Shown: piece by piece, positions 31,701-39,447 of the stretch
Numbering within the stretch: the first letter of the stretch is position 1
How the letters are laid out: each line of letters begins with the position of its first letter
Assembly: GCA_020721325.1 (NCBI GenBank)
Contig: DYNA01000004.1
Location: forward strand, 1 to 61,705
Origin: Paludibacter propionicigenes
Lineage (GTDB): Bacteria > Bacteroidota > Bacteroidia > Bacteroidales > JAIFNL01
Direction: 5' to 3'
DNA length: 61,705 nucleotides
Notes under the pieces: generated by a model
The model's input: only the letters and a program-made list of their open reading frames with translations
Told to the model about the DNA's origin: nothing
Database searches by the model: none
Position numbers and translations under genes: made by a program

Positions 31701-32155
31701 TTTTGTTCTTTCAAAACTTTTGGGTCGCACCACAAATCGGTATCTTCAAAGAGCATTCGCCCGAAAGCATTGGGAATATTATATAAACTGTCGAGTAAAC
31801 CCGGCGTAAATTCTATCGGTTTGCTTAAAACGATTCTGTCTGGGAAAAGTGCCAACAAAGCAATTAAGCCTTTCCACTCATTTACAATACTTTCATAAAA
31901 TTTTATTAAGCCCGAAGTATCAATATTGGCATCTTTTTGGGTGTATTTGAAGGCATAGCCAAAAACTTTTGCACGCGACCAGATGCTGGGCAAGCCCGAA
32001 ATCATATTGCTTAACACCTCAGCATCAACGTTTTCCACTAAATCGCCGGTGTTTATACCTTGAATATAAGGTGTAGCTTGCTCAAATAAATGCCAAGAAC
32101 CTTGAACGGCTTCTTTTTCGCCTACTGAACTGTTGATTAATAACGCTTTTGCCAT
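28721..32155 (-). CDS. Giant (1144 aa) protein: unrecognised N-terminal half plus a C-terminal Hsp70/actin-fold (ASKHA) ATPase-like domain
   Basis: Phosphate-1-like VIGIDFGSNNSCLSY (res 574-588; GIDFGSNNS at 30404-30430). Phosphate-2-like LLGIDVGGSTSDILVLG (res 792-808, about 29732-29782). Adenosine-like VDFLPFGKGGRIF (FLPFGKGGRIF at 29315-29347). Compare DnaK IGIDLGTTNSCVAV, DLGGGTFD and LVGGxTRxP, which have similar spacing. No TM helix or signal peptide. Confidence 0.6.
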   Translation of the reverse strand: MAKALLINSSVGEKEAVQGSWHLFEQATPYIQGINTGDLVENVDAEVLSNMISGLPSIWSRAKVFGYAFKYTQKDANIDTSGLIKFYESIVNEWKGLIALLALFPDRIVLSKPIEFTPGLLDSLYNIPNAFGRMLFEDTDLWCDPKVLKEQKQSKPQIQLIYYNNLLIGATSPYSLIFTGIDYSAFTAKGDVPWFRNGRFDNPLEFGNFDNNQLQKLYLLVNNLANRIPEFEKEINQNREGKENLKLTPLFEFVQKWSSEIKARGFQLVTEGALDAELEFMQPFTQLFRIKQDLFLNEGNFSFDETNGGQKVDLQKILMHDDFIFSLSQVSEEQRLETSAVHYMTCTDPQNANKKWYFPIPLSNYGLRLFKNRVGELVNSSLEHSHELRASIKVNDFKLIVELFLIVDGKKQTPIVREYEIKLLTGVQRNIIMWPNFISRNWNQYYFYNEYPSNSRDIKFVPFYKNISQSNGYDGGNYIFDHKENLIYGGYEGYHPDLKIEHLIKYPVSTATREDHPYEVIRSNRPVAGLELRAMIGGKDRICGYLIVKEPNDESMGGQQIYDLSHETNFETAVIGIDFGSNNSCLSYSRTNRSEVEPIPFKNRRIFLLGAEIIDHFREKTAVRNELLFFQNEDTANGQIKSWVHDHKPQYVATGMEQEEIAGGVPIFEHNLVIHGMDNRTITTNAGILHHSMKWLNDARGKEKKKAYLKTVWIMAVADLYANKVLANELRWSYPGSFTKFDVRQYQLMYDELSHVPIEKHSIKVSYQPSTEAEAVCNYALTNIGLDEKNILLGIDVGGSTSDILVLGMDSKARAYKLSKQSSLRMAAGILSEVIKDSNAVRHAIYKYHESPACPIKVANIKDITEKANTSPFYLNAILDRLKDEQFRAFYSSLAQFTPEVFVIPAYITGLLLFYSGQLIAKAMKENEYQNVRMVDFLPFGKGGRIFDWLDVFPGKTEARNYYNQCFKAGFGEGSQHINLEKKDSIRSDNKSEVSKGLSAPQEVTVSADVRENSDLFGENGFVFQPQNGEEQLLKASDIIKIEHLKDMKFGIRIPDKFIEFNKFFDIFIRFVGPNSTGIKNDAAQLEAKKAQLARELKAFILNDSEWQKANEQAKTGQPFDYKHSMLILEGMCFLEKFIIPELK

Positions 32156-32275
32156 TATTTTATATCTTTTTGTAAAATAAAATCTATTTTTTTATAAAAA
32201 AATTATGTAAACTATTTTTTTGAAAATACAATTAAAAAAAAGTAATTTCTGATTTAAAATCCCTTTTTATTTATT

Positions 32276-33865
32276 TTAATTTTCAAATCCGTAAAGCTTT
32301 ACCAAAGTTTTATACATTCGTTTAATTAATTTTTCCGATTTATTATTGATGCCTTCTTCGTCTGAAAGCTTAATAAATTCTGACTTAAATTCATCGTAAG
32401 CATTGCTGAAAATACCGGTTTTATATTCATGTTTTTCGTCATTTGGGCGATAAATCTGCTTGTTGTAAGCAAATTTATTAAGTTCTCTTTCATTGCCAAT
32501 GCTAAATAATTCAGCATTAAAAAGAAAATTATCTTGTCCGTTTGCAGACCTGTAAACTTGTCTTAACCAGCCATCTATAAGTTCTTTTTCTTTGTCTAAC
32601 GCAAAGTGAAACATGGCAAAATATTTTTTCAAGGCATTTACTTCTTCCATTAAAATGTCGTCGTAGCCGATAATTTTATTTTTTTCGAGGGTTTTGGCTT
32701 GTGCTGCTGCAAAAAAGTCCGTCTTTTCTGGGTAAACCAAAAAGGAAAGGGCTATTAACATTCCAAATTTTTTCATAAATTCTCCGACCAAATGCGAATG
32801 GACAAAGTCTTTAAAATCCAATTTTCCGTTTTCGTTCAATGCACGGAAGTAATATTGTACTTCGCGTTTATCTTCTTTAATTTCAGATAGTTCTGCTTTT
32901 TTTGTATGGAAAAAATCGTAAGCTGCAAAAGCCGTTAGCAATTCAATGTAATGAGCATCATTTTTTTGTTTTACGCCTCCGGTAACGGTTTCTTTGCCTT
33001 CTTGCTTGGTTTGAAAGTCGTTAGAAGGCGTGCCGAGCATGTAAAATTTTTGATATGTACTTTTTACGGTTTGGTCTTCGTTGTAAAACATCATGGCAAC
33101 TTGCGAATTGAGTGCAAAATTTTTAGAATTTGCAACTACCAGTTGATTAGCACGTTGCGTCTCATCGGGCGGTGGAAATTTAAAATAACTCGAAAGCAAA
33201 GTCGCTCCAAAAAAAGCTTTTGAAAGCGATTTTCCGGGTACAATGATGTTCATTGCGGCATTGAATGCCTTGGGAATGATAGGAATAGAAGATGCGCCGG
33301 TGCCTCCAAAAACCGAACCCAACACAAAAACACGCGCCGTTTGCTGTTCGCCGGCATCGAAAATGGACTGGATAAATTGCGATAAACTGCCTTTGGGATT
33401 GTCTTTAACTTCTTGTAAAATAGAGTGATACATTAGCAATGACCCCAAATGTGTTTGTGAACGATAGCCATGTTTCAAATCAAATTCGCGCACATTGTCG
33501 GTCAAAAGTAAGCGTGCCAAATCTTTTTCTTCTTTTGAAGCATAGGAATACGCCGAAAGGCTTGTAAATTTGCCGTTTTTACCAATGTTTGAGTAATCGG
33601 GGCAAAATTCAAAAAAATTGATTTTGGCACTGAAAAATGTATTTTCGAGTGCGTAATGTGTTTTGTTGTAGCCTTTTACCTTTAAATAAGTATCTTTTAC
33701 CAATTCTTTAAGGCGATTAAAATTTCCGTTTTCAAGGTCGGTATCCAATGCCAATATGTTGATTTCTGTTTTATCGTACATGCCCATGGCGCAGGTATGC
33801 ACAAATGCCTCCAACGCACGCATTCCCGTGCCTCCAATGCCTATTACAAATAGTTTATCGTTCAT
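32276..33865 (-). CDS. FtsZ/tubulin-like GTPase-domain protein (divergent, 529 aa)
   Basis: FVIGIGGTGMRALEAF (GIGGTGMR at 33818-33841) compares with FtsZ VIGVGGGGGNAV. INILALDTD (res 35-43) compares with FtsZ NTD. VFVLGSVFGGTGASSIPIIP (GGTGAS res 187-192, 33290-33307) compares with the tubulin signature [SAG]GGTG[SA]G and FtsZ GMGGGTGTGAAPV. The C-terminal half is helical with no recognisable motif. Confidence 0.55.
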   Translation of the reverse strand: MNDKLFVIGIGGTGMRALEAFVHTCAMGMYDKTEINILALDTDLENGNFNRLKELVKDTYLKVKGYNKTHYALENTFFSAKINFFEFCPDYSNIGKNGKFTSLSAYSYASKEEKDLARLLLTDNVREFDLKHGYRSQTHLGSLLMYHSILQEVKDNPKGSLSQFIQSIFDAGEQQTARVFVLGSVFGGTGASSIPIIPKAFNAAMNIIVPGKSLSKAFFGATLLSSYFKFPPPDETQRANQLVVANSKNFALNSQVAMMFYNEDQTVKSTYQKFYMLGTPSNDFQTKQEGKETVTGGVKQKNDAHYIELLTAFAAYDFFHTKKAELSEIKEDKREVQYYFRALNENGKLDFKDFVHSHLVGEFMKKFGMLIALSFLVYPEKTDFFAAAQAKTLEKNKIIGYDDILMEEVNALKKYFAMFHFALDKEKELIDGWLRQVYRSANGQDNFLFNAELFSIGNERELNKFAYNKQIYRPNDEKHEYKTGIFSNAYDEFKSEFIKLSDEEGINNKSEKLIKRMYKTLVKLYGFEN

Positions 33866-34015
33866 TTTAGTTTATATTGAATTGATGTTTTTTCATAATT
33901 AATGTATAAAAAAATATACTTTGTATTTTCATAAAAAATCTTTTTGTAAAGAAAAAAAAAATATAACAAACCAGCAAGAAATAAATGAAAAATTTCAAAT
34001 AAATTCTTCAAAAAA

Positions 34016-35407
34016 TTAAAGGGCAAAAGCATAATAAGCTTTTACGCCGTCAGCGTAAATTCCTTCTATAAAAATAGTGGTTTCTTTTTTGTTTAAAATT
34101 TCTTCCAAATCGGAAATGGTTTGAATTTCGGTTTTATTTACCGAAAGGATAATAAAACCTTCTTTTACATTGGCATTCAATAGTTTGCCGGCTTTCAATT
34201 CGGTTATTTTTAAACCGCCGACTATGTTTAAATGTTTTTTCTCTTTTTCGGTAACTTCTTGGTATTTAGCACCTAATCGTTCTAAAAGGGCGTTTTCTAA
34301 AAAAATAGAACCTTGTAAATTGGTCAATGTAACTTTCATATTTAAAAGCGAATCGCCTCGTTTGATTTTCAAATGTACTATATCGCCCGGTCGGTGCCGC
34401 GCCAATTGTTCGTATAACTCGTTGGAAGAGTTCAATTTAACTTCTTCAAAAGCCAGTAAAATATCTTTTACTTGCAGTCCGGCTTTGTCGGCAGCACCTC
34501 TGTTTTCAATTTCCGAAATGTAAATTCCTTCTATTCGCTTAATTCCTTCTTCGCGGGCAAATTTGGCATCTATGTCGTTGATTATTAAGCCTAAAACGGC
34601 TCTTTGCACTTTGCCGAACTCGCGCAAATCGCTTGTAATTTTGCGGACAATATTAATGGGAACTGCAAAAGAATAACCAACATAACTTCCTGTCCGTGAG
34701 GCTATTGCAGTGTTTATCCCTATTAAATTTCCTTCGGTATCGATTAATGCGCCGCCGCTGTTGCCCGGATTGATAGCGGCATCGGTTTGTAAGAAAGCTT
34801 CTACTGCCGAGCGTTTATCTATAATGTTGATACTTCGCGATTTAGCACTAATTATTCCGGCAGTAACCGTTGAACCCAAGCTGTACGGATTTCCGATAGC
34901 CAAAACCCAATCGCCAATTTCGAGGTTATCGGAATTTCCAAATTCGGCATAAGGTAAATTATTGGAATTGATTTTGAGTAAAGCCAAATCGGTTGTGGGG
35001 TCAAGTCCAACGATTCTTGCTTTAAAACTGCGCTTATCTATCAGATTGACTTGTATTTGACTTGATTTTTCAACCACATGAAAATTGGTAACAATGTACC
35101 CGTCGGGGCTAATGATTACGCCCGAACCTTCGGCTTCCATTGGAAAAGGCATCTGTTCATCAAAAAGAATGTCGTATAACGAATTTCCGGCACCCTCGTA
35201 GTGTGTGCGAATATGCACAACGGAATTAATGGATTTTTTTACTGAATTTCTAAAATTTGGTAAATCGTTTAACCCTAAGTTATGAACATTTTGAAGTTCT
35301 ATTTTATTCTCTTTCAATGCAATAACCGATTTATTTTCAAAAAAATGAAAATAAATGAATAATGCGAAAAAGCCTCCTAATGCCGAAATAAATAAATTTT
35401 TTAACAT
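34016..35407 (-). CDS. htrA: Do/HtrA-family periplasmic serine endoprotease with two PDZ domains
   Basis: N-terminal anchor/signal, catalytic triad contexts TNFHVV, DLALLKI and GNSGGAL, followed by two PDZ-like regions. Confidence 0.9.
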   Translation of the reverse strand: MLKNLFISALGGFFALFIYFHFFENKSVIALKENKIELQNVHNLGLNDLPNFRNSVKKSINSVVHIRTHYEGAGNSLYDILFDEQMPFPMEAEGSGVIISPDGYIVTNFHVVEKSSQIQVNLIDKRSFKARIVGLDPTTDLALLKINSNNLPYAEFGNSDNLEIGDWVLAIGNPYSLGSTVTAGIISAKSRSINIIDKRSAVEAFLQTDAAINPGNSGGALIDTEGNLIGINTAIASRTGSYVGYSFAVPINIVRKITSDLREFGKVQRAVLGLIINDIDAKFAREEGIKRIEGIYISEIENRGAADKAGLQVKDILLAFEEVKLNSSNELYEQLARHRPGDIVHLKIKRGDSLLNMKVTLTNLQGSIFLENALLERLGAKYQEVTEKEKKHLNIVGGLKITELKAGKLLNANVKEGFIILSVNKTEIQTISDLEEILNKKETTIFIEGIYADGVKAYYAFAL

Positions 35408-35690
35408 AATATAAAGTGAAAGAAATGTATTTTGAAGTTGTTTTTATTCATTCATTTTTTTTTTAAGTCTTAGCTTGGTCAGTTTATTTTGCTTTGTTTT
35501 CTATTTTTTTGTGCAAAATAAACAAATCAGCCTTAAAGTTAATAATTTGTCAATTTTTTAATTTTTTAAAATTTAATGAACAAATATAACAAGCTTTTTT
35601 TTATTAGATATTTGTTTTTCAATAATTTATCAAAAATATTTGACAAATTATCGAAACAACAATAATTACAAAAATACAAAAACTTTGTTT

Positions 35691-35882
35691 AAAAAAGTTT
35701 TTTTCAAAAAAAGTTTTCAAAAAAAGTTTTCAAAAAAAGTTTTCCAAAAAAAGTTTTCCAAAAAAAGTTTTCCAAAAAAAGTTTTCCAAAAAAGTTTTCA
35801 AAAAAAAGTTTTCCAAAGAAGTTTTTCCAAAAAAGTTTTCCAAAAAAGTTTTTCAAAAAAAGTTTTCCAAAAAAAGTTTTGA
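35691..35882. repeat. Tandem minisatellite, about 14 copies of a 12-15-bp unit (consensus AAAAAAAGTTTTCC)
   Basis: Read directly from the sequence: aaaaaaagttttc / aaaaaaagttttcc units recur head-to-tail with 1-2-nt length variants and one internal A>G variant (aaagaagtttttcc). It is intergenic, lying between the stop of the 812-aa gene (36037) and the htrA start (35407). Confidence 0.9.
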
Positions 35883-36036
35883 ATTTTTTTTTAATAAAGT
35901 GAGTGTATGATAAAAAAATATTTTTGACGCAAATATGTAAAGATAAAACGGAAGTACGAAAAAAGAAAGTCAGTAAAATGCAAAATTGCAAGCGTGATTT
36001 CTTTTTTTTGATTTTTTAATGCCGAATTTTTAAATA

Positions 36037-38475
36037 TTATTTTCTTTTTAGATAGAGATAATCTAAATAATATAAAATTCGGAGCGAAATGCTGTTGTTT
36101 TGGTTTGAATTTTTGAACAAATCGGAAGTATTTTCAAAATAATTGTGAATAATGGCATCGGACGAATTAAAAATACCGTTTTTCCAAACAAGGCTCAGTT
36201 CGCTTCCGGGTGCAAAATTCCATTTAAAATCGAAATCAATGGTAAAGGCATTAAAGCTAATATCTTGATTTTCTGTATATTCATCGTAGTTTTCATTGTA
36301 TCCTTGTTCGTTTAGAATGAAAAAAGAGTTGTATTTTACGGTACTCCAATAATGTCGGAGTCGAAAGTTAAAGCCCATTTTATTGTTGGGAACATACGAA
36401 AATTGTAATAAATTGATATAAGTTTTTAAATTTCGTGAACCAAAAAATATAGTATCTTCTTGTTCGTTGTGTTCTACAAATCCAATTTCATTTTTTATCT
36501 GCTGGTATGTAATTTGAAAAAGAGTAAACCATTTGTCGTTTATGCGCCAACGCGGAGATAGGAAACCTCCTATTTCTGTCTCATTGTCAGTATTTTGAAG
36601 ATAATTTGCGCCAAAGTCGAAAGCAAACTTTTTTGCATAATTTGATGAAATCCAAAAACTGGAAAGCAATTTTGGAGCTGTTTTAAAAACTTTTCCTTCT
36701 ACGCGCGGCTCAAAATAATCGTTTCCCTCAAAAGGAGTTATTTGGCTAAAAAATCCGAAAAAGAGATATTTTTTTAGCATAATTCGGTGATTGTAGGTAA
36801 GGTTGAATTTGGTATAATGGCGCGGATAGTACAAACTCGAATAAAAAATATCCAATTCATTGTTCCAGTGCAAGTAATATTTTTTTGGTTTGTTTTGGTG
36901 ATATGAAATTTCAGCAGAATAATTGACTTCGTTGGGGTTTTGTAAAAAGCCTAAGTCGTTGGGATTGTACGCTTTACTTTCAACTCGGTGCATCAATTCA
37001 AATTGATATTTTCCGCTTATTTTTTCCAATTCGAGTTCGTAGTAATATCCCAAATCGGGTTGGTTATCCATTGATTTTATGTTACTTAGCGCGCCGCTTG
37101 CCAAGAGCGAGTAATTTTGCTTTTTGTCTTTGAGCATGGTTTCAAAACCGCTTACATTTGCCGAATATTGGTCGCCAAAACGTATCAAGTGTGTATTTAT
37201 GAGGCTTGCATAAGAATTATTTGGCAGCGATTGGTTGAAAACCAGCACGTTATAATTTGTAAAAGGCTGAACACTTACTTTGCGCTCTAAGTTGGAAATT
37301 GTGTCTTGAACGCTTGCTAAAGTGTTTAAAGTCATTGCGTTAAGTGCGCCAACGCTTAAACCTTGAGCATTGGTGCCGGTTATTTTTGTAGCATTGAGCA
37401 GTTGAGTGGTTTCGGGGTTTTGTTCAATTTTTTCGTGTTCTAAAAGTTTGTCTTCCAAGCTTGTATGACTTTTTGGTTCTCCACCAATTCTGCGCGAGTG
37501 AAAAATTCCTGCTTTGTCAAAAAGTTCCATTCCTTCGGTAAAAAAACTTCTTTTTTCTGAATAAAAAGTTTCAAAAGGAGTTAAATTTAAAATTTCATCG
37601 TCCGATTGTACTTGTCCAAAATCGGGAATGAGCATCATATCGAGTGTATAGCTTTCGTTGATGCCGTATTTTAAATCCATTCCGCCTTTAAATGAGTAAC
37701 TTATGTTGTTTACTTGCGAATTGGTATTTACGTAACTCGAAAAATAGGGCGTAAACGATAAGCGCAAAGGTGGTTCAATGTTCTGTAAACCAATTAATTC
37801 GCCTGATTGACTCATCCAATCATTTTTTTCAATCGATACAAAATTCCAATTGCTTTCTTCGCGTGTACGCTTGTGTTCGCGGTAGAAATTAATGCCCCAA
37901 GCGTTTTGTTTTTCGGTTTTTGGAAATCGGATAGCCGAATACGGAATTTTTATTTCTGCTAACCAACCTTTTTCGGTACATTTTACTGAACTTTCCCAAA
38001 CCGCGTCCCAGCTATCGTCTTCGTTGCCGGTAGAAAATTTAATATCCATTTGAACTCCGGCAGCCGTTATAAAAAAGCCAAAATTAGATAACGAATTGTT
38101 GTAAGGGTCTATCACTATGGCTACAAAATCGGCTTGACCAACATCATCGCGTTGCGTGATTTGTGTTGCAATGCTATCAGGCTGATAGTCAAACATTTGA
38201 AGCGCGAAATACAAAGCCGTGTTGTCATAAGCTATTTGAATTTGAGTTTGATTTTGCGCATACCTATCGTTGTAAGGCTTTACTTGCGTAAAATTGGACG
38301 ATTTTGGAGCTTTTTCCCAAATTTCTTCATCAAAATTACCATCAATTTTGGGTGTATTTTCAATAAAAATAGCTTCTATTTGCTTTTTTTTAGTCAATTC
38401 TTCTAAATTTTGTGCAAAAGCACAAAAAGACAACATAACAAAAAAATTTGTTATAAAAAAAATTTTACTCATCAA
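36037..38475 (-). CDS. Secreted CBM9-like / DUF5916-type beta-rich protein
   Basis: Signal peptide MMSKIFFITNFFVMLSFCAFAQ. The IDGNFDEEIWEKA motif is typical of family-9 carbohydrate-binding-like domains. The long Y/F/N-rich C-terminal region is consistent with the DUF5916 architecture common in Bacteroidota. Confidence 0.55.
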   Translation of the reverse strand: MMSKIFFITNFFVMLSFCAFAQNLEELTKKKQIEAIFIENTPKIDGNFDEEIWEKAPKSSNFTQVKPYNDRYAQNQTQIQIAYDNTALYFALQMFDYQPDSIATQITQRDDVGQADFVAIVIDPYNNSLSNFGFFITAAGVQMDIKFSTGNEDDSWDAVWESSVKCTEKGWLAEIKIPYSAIRFPKTEKQNAWGINFYREHKRTREESNWNFVSIEKNDWMSQSGELIGLQNIEPPLRLSFTPYFSSYVNTNSQVNNISYSFKGGMDLKYGINESYTLDMMLIPDFGQVQSDDEILNLTPFETFYSEKRSFFTEGMELFDKAGIFHSRRIGGEPKSHTSLEDKLLEHEKIEQNPETTQLLNATKITGTNAQGLSVGALNAMTLNTLASVQDTISNLERKVSVQPFTNYNVLVFNQSLPNNSYASLINTHLIRFGDQYSANVSGFETMLKDKKQNYSLLASGALSNIKSMDNQPDLGYYYELELEKISGKYQFELMHRVESKAYNPNDLGFLQNPNEVNYSAEISYHQNKPKKYYLHWNNELDIFYSSLYYPRHYTKFNLTYNHRIMLKKYLFFGFFSQITPFEGNDYFEPRVEGKVFKTAPKLLSSFWISSNYAKKFAFDFGANYLQNTDNETEIGGFLSPRWRINDKWFTLFQITYQQIKNEIGFVEHNEQEDTIFFGSRNLKTYINLLQFSYVPNNKMGFNFRLRHYWSTVKYNSFFILNEQGYNENYDEYTENQDISFNAFTIDFDFKWNFAPGSELSLVWKNGIFNSSDAIIHNYFENTSDLFKNSNQNNSISLRILYYLDYLYLKRK

Positions 38476-38550
38476 AAAATATTAAAAAAAGGATAAATGT
38501 AAAAAGCTGATTGGTTATAGGTTTTTGGTAAAATTGGTTAATTTTGGATA

Positions 38551-39162
38551 TTAATTTACATCATATTCTTTCACTTCTTTAGAAACGCCCATTTCAAAAA
38601 GCTCTTCGTATTCTAATTTTCCTTCTTCTGTCCAGTATCTAAACCAGCCGTTTTGTTTACCGTTTCGGTAAGGTTCAATAGCCGAAACCTTGCCATTTTC
38701 CCACCAAGTAGTTTCTACACCGTCTTTCACATTGTTTACAAAGGTTTTTTCCGATTCTTTTACTTTGTTTTCAAACCATGTAGTAAAAATGCCATTTTTC
38801 TGATTATTAGACATATAACCTTCTCTTTCGGGATTTCCGTTTTCAAAATACGAAATGGTGCGACCGTTCATTTTTCCACTTGAGTAAACCATTTCGGTTT
38901 TTAAATTACCGTTTTCGTACCATTCTTTGTATTCGCCATCGTACAAACCTCCGTTTACTGTAAATTTGGTTTTTAATTTCGTGCCACTGTGATAATCTAC
39001 TATAACACCCGTATAAGGTGTACTACTTCCTGTTTTATAATACTTATCATCTTTTATTTCAGTGTCGGAAATTTTTATTTGTGCAATCGATGTTAACGAA
39101 AAGCCTAATAAAATTATTAAAACCAGAATGTTATATAAATTTTTCATTGATAGTAAGTTCAA
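38551..39162 (-). CDS. MORN-repeat-variant (YwqK-like) secreted protein
   Basis: Signal peptide followed by repeated G-x-Y-x-E-W-Y-E-N-G-like units (YKEWYENGNLK, ISYFENGNPE, TTWFENKVK, TTWWENGKV, FRYWTEEGKL). Confidence 0.7.
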   Translation of the reverse strand: MNLLSMKNLYNILVLIILLGFSLTSIAQIKISDTEIKDDKYYKTGSSTPYTGVIVDYHSGTKLKTKFTVNGGLYDGEYKEWYENGNLKTEMVYSSGKMNGRTISYFENGNPEREGYMSNNQKNGIFTTWFENKVKESEKTFVNNVKDGVETTWWENGKVSAIEPYRNGKQNGWFRYWTEEGKLEYEELFEMGVSKEVKEYDVN

Positions 39163-39447
39163 AATGTATCAGAGTTTATAATAAAATAACTTCATTCGCT
39201 TATACGAAATTACTTTTTTATTTGTTTCATATTTGATTAAAAAAATAATGGTAAATTTAAAAATATTTCGTTAAATGCAAAAATATTGATTTTTTTTTTT
39301 TTTTTTTATGTTTTATAATTTTTTTTTTTTTATTGTTTATTCGTTTTTTTTATTCAAAACTTTGTAAAAAATTGATTTAAAAAAATGAATAAAAAATACT
39401 ATTTTTTTTAACAAATTATTGAATTTTAAGTCATTGTTATTTTTATT

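Noticed and set aside
30083-33428. Several 60-90-aa + strand ORFs inside the tubulin-like and Hsp70-like genes
   Set aside because: They are nested antisense to long open reading frames that carry coherent nucleotide-binding motifs, and they have no motifs of their own.
35691-35882. Possible CRISPR array
   Set aside because: The units are contiguous, with no unique spacers between repeats. The unit length of 12-15 bp is far below CRISPR repeat size, and no cas genes are in the window.
35640-35991. Track ORFs 35640..35882 (+) and 35704..35991 (-) encoding KKVFQKKFSKK / FFGKLFLKNFF low-complexity proteins
   Set aside because: They are pure translation artefacts of the 12-15-bp tandem A/T-rich repeat. 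Both strands are open, there is no start context, and the composition is repeat-driven.
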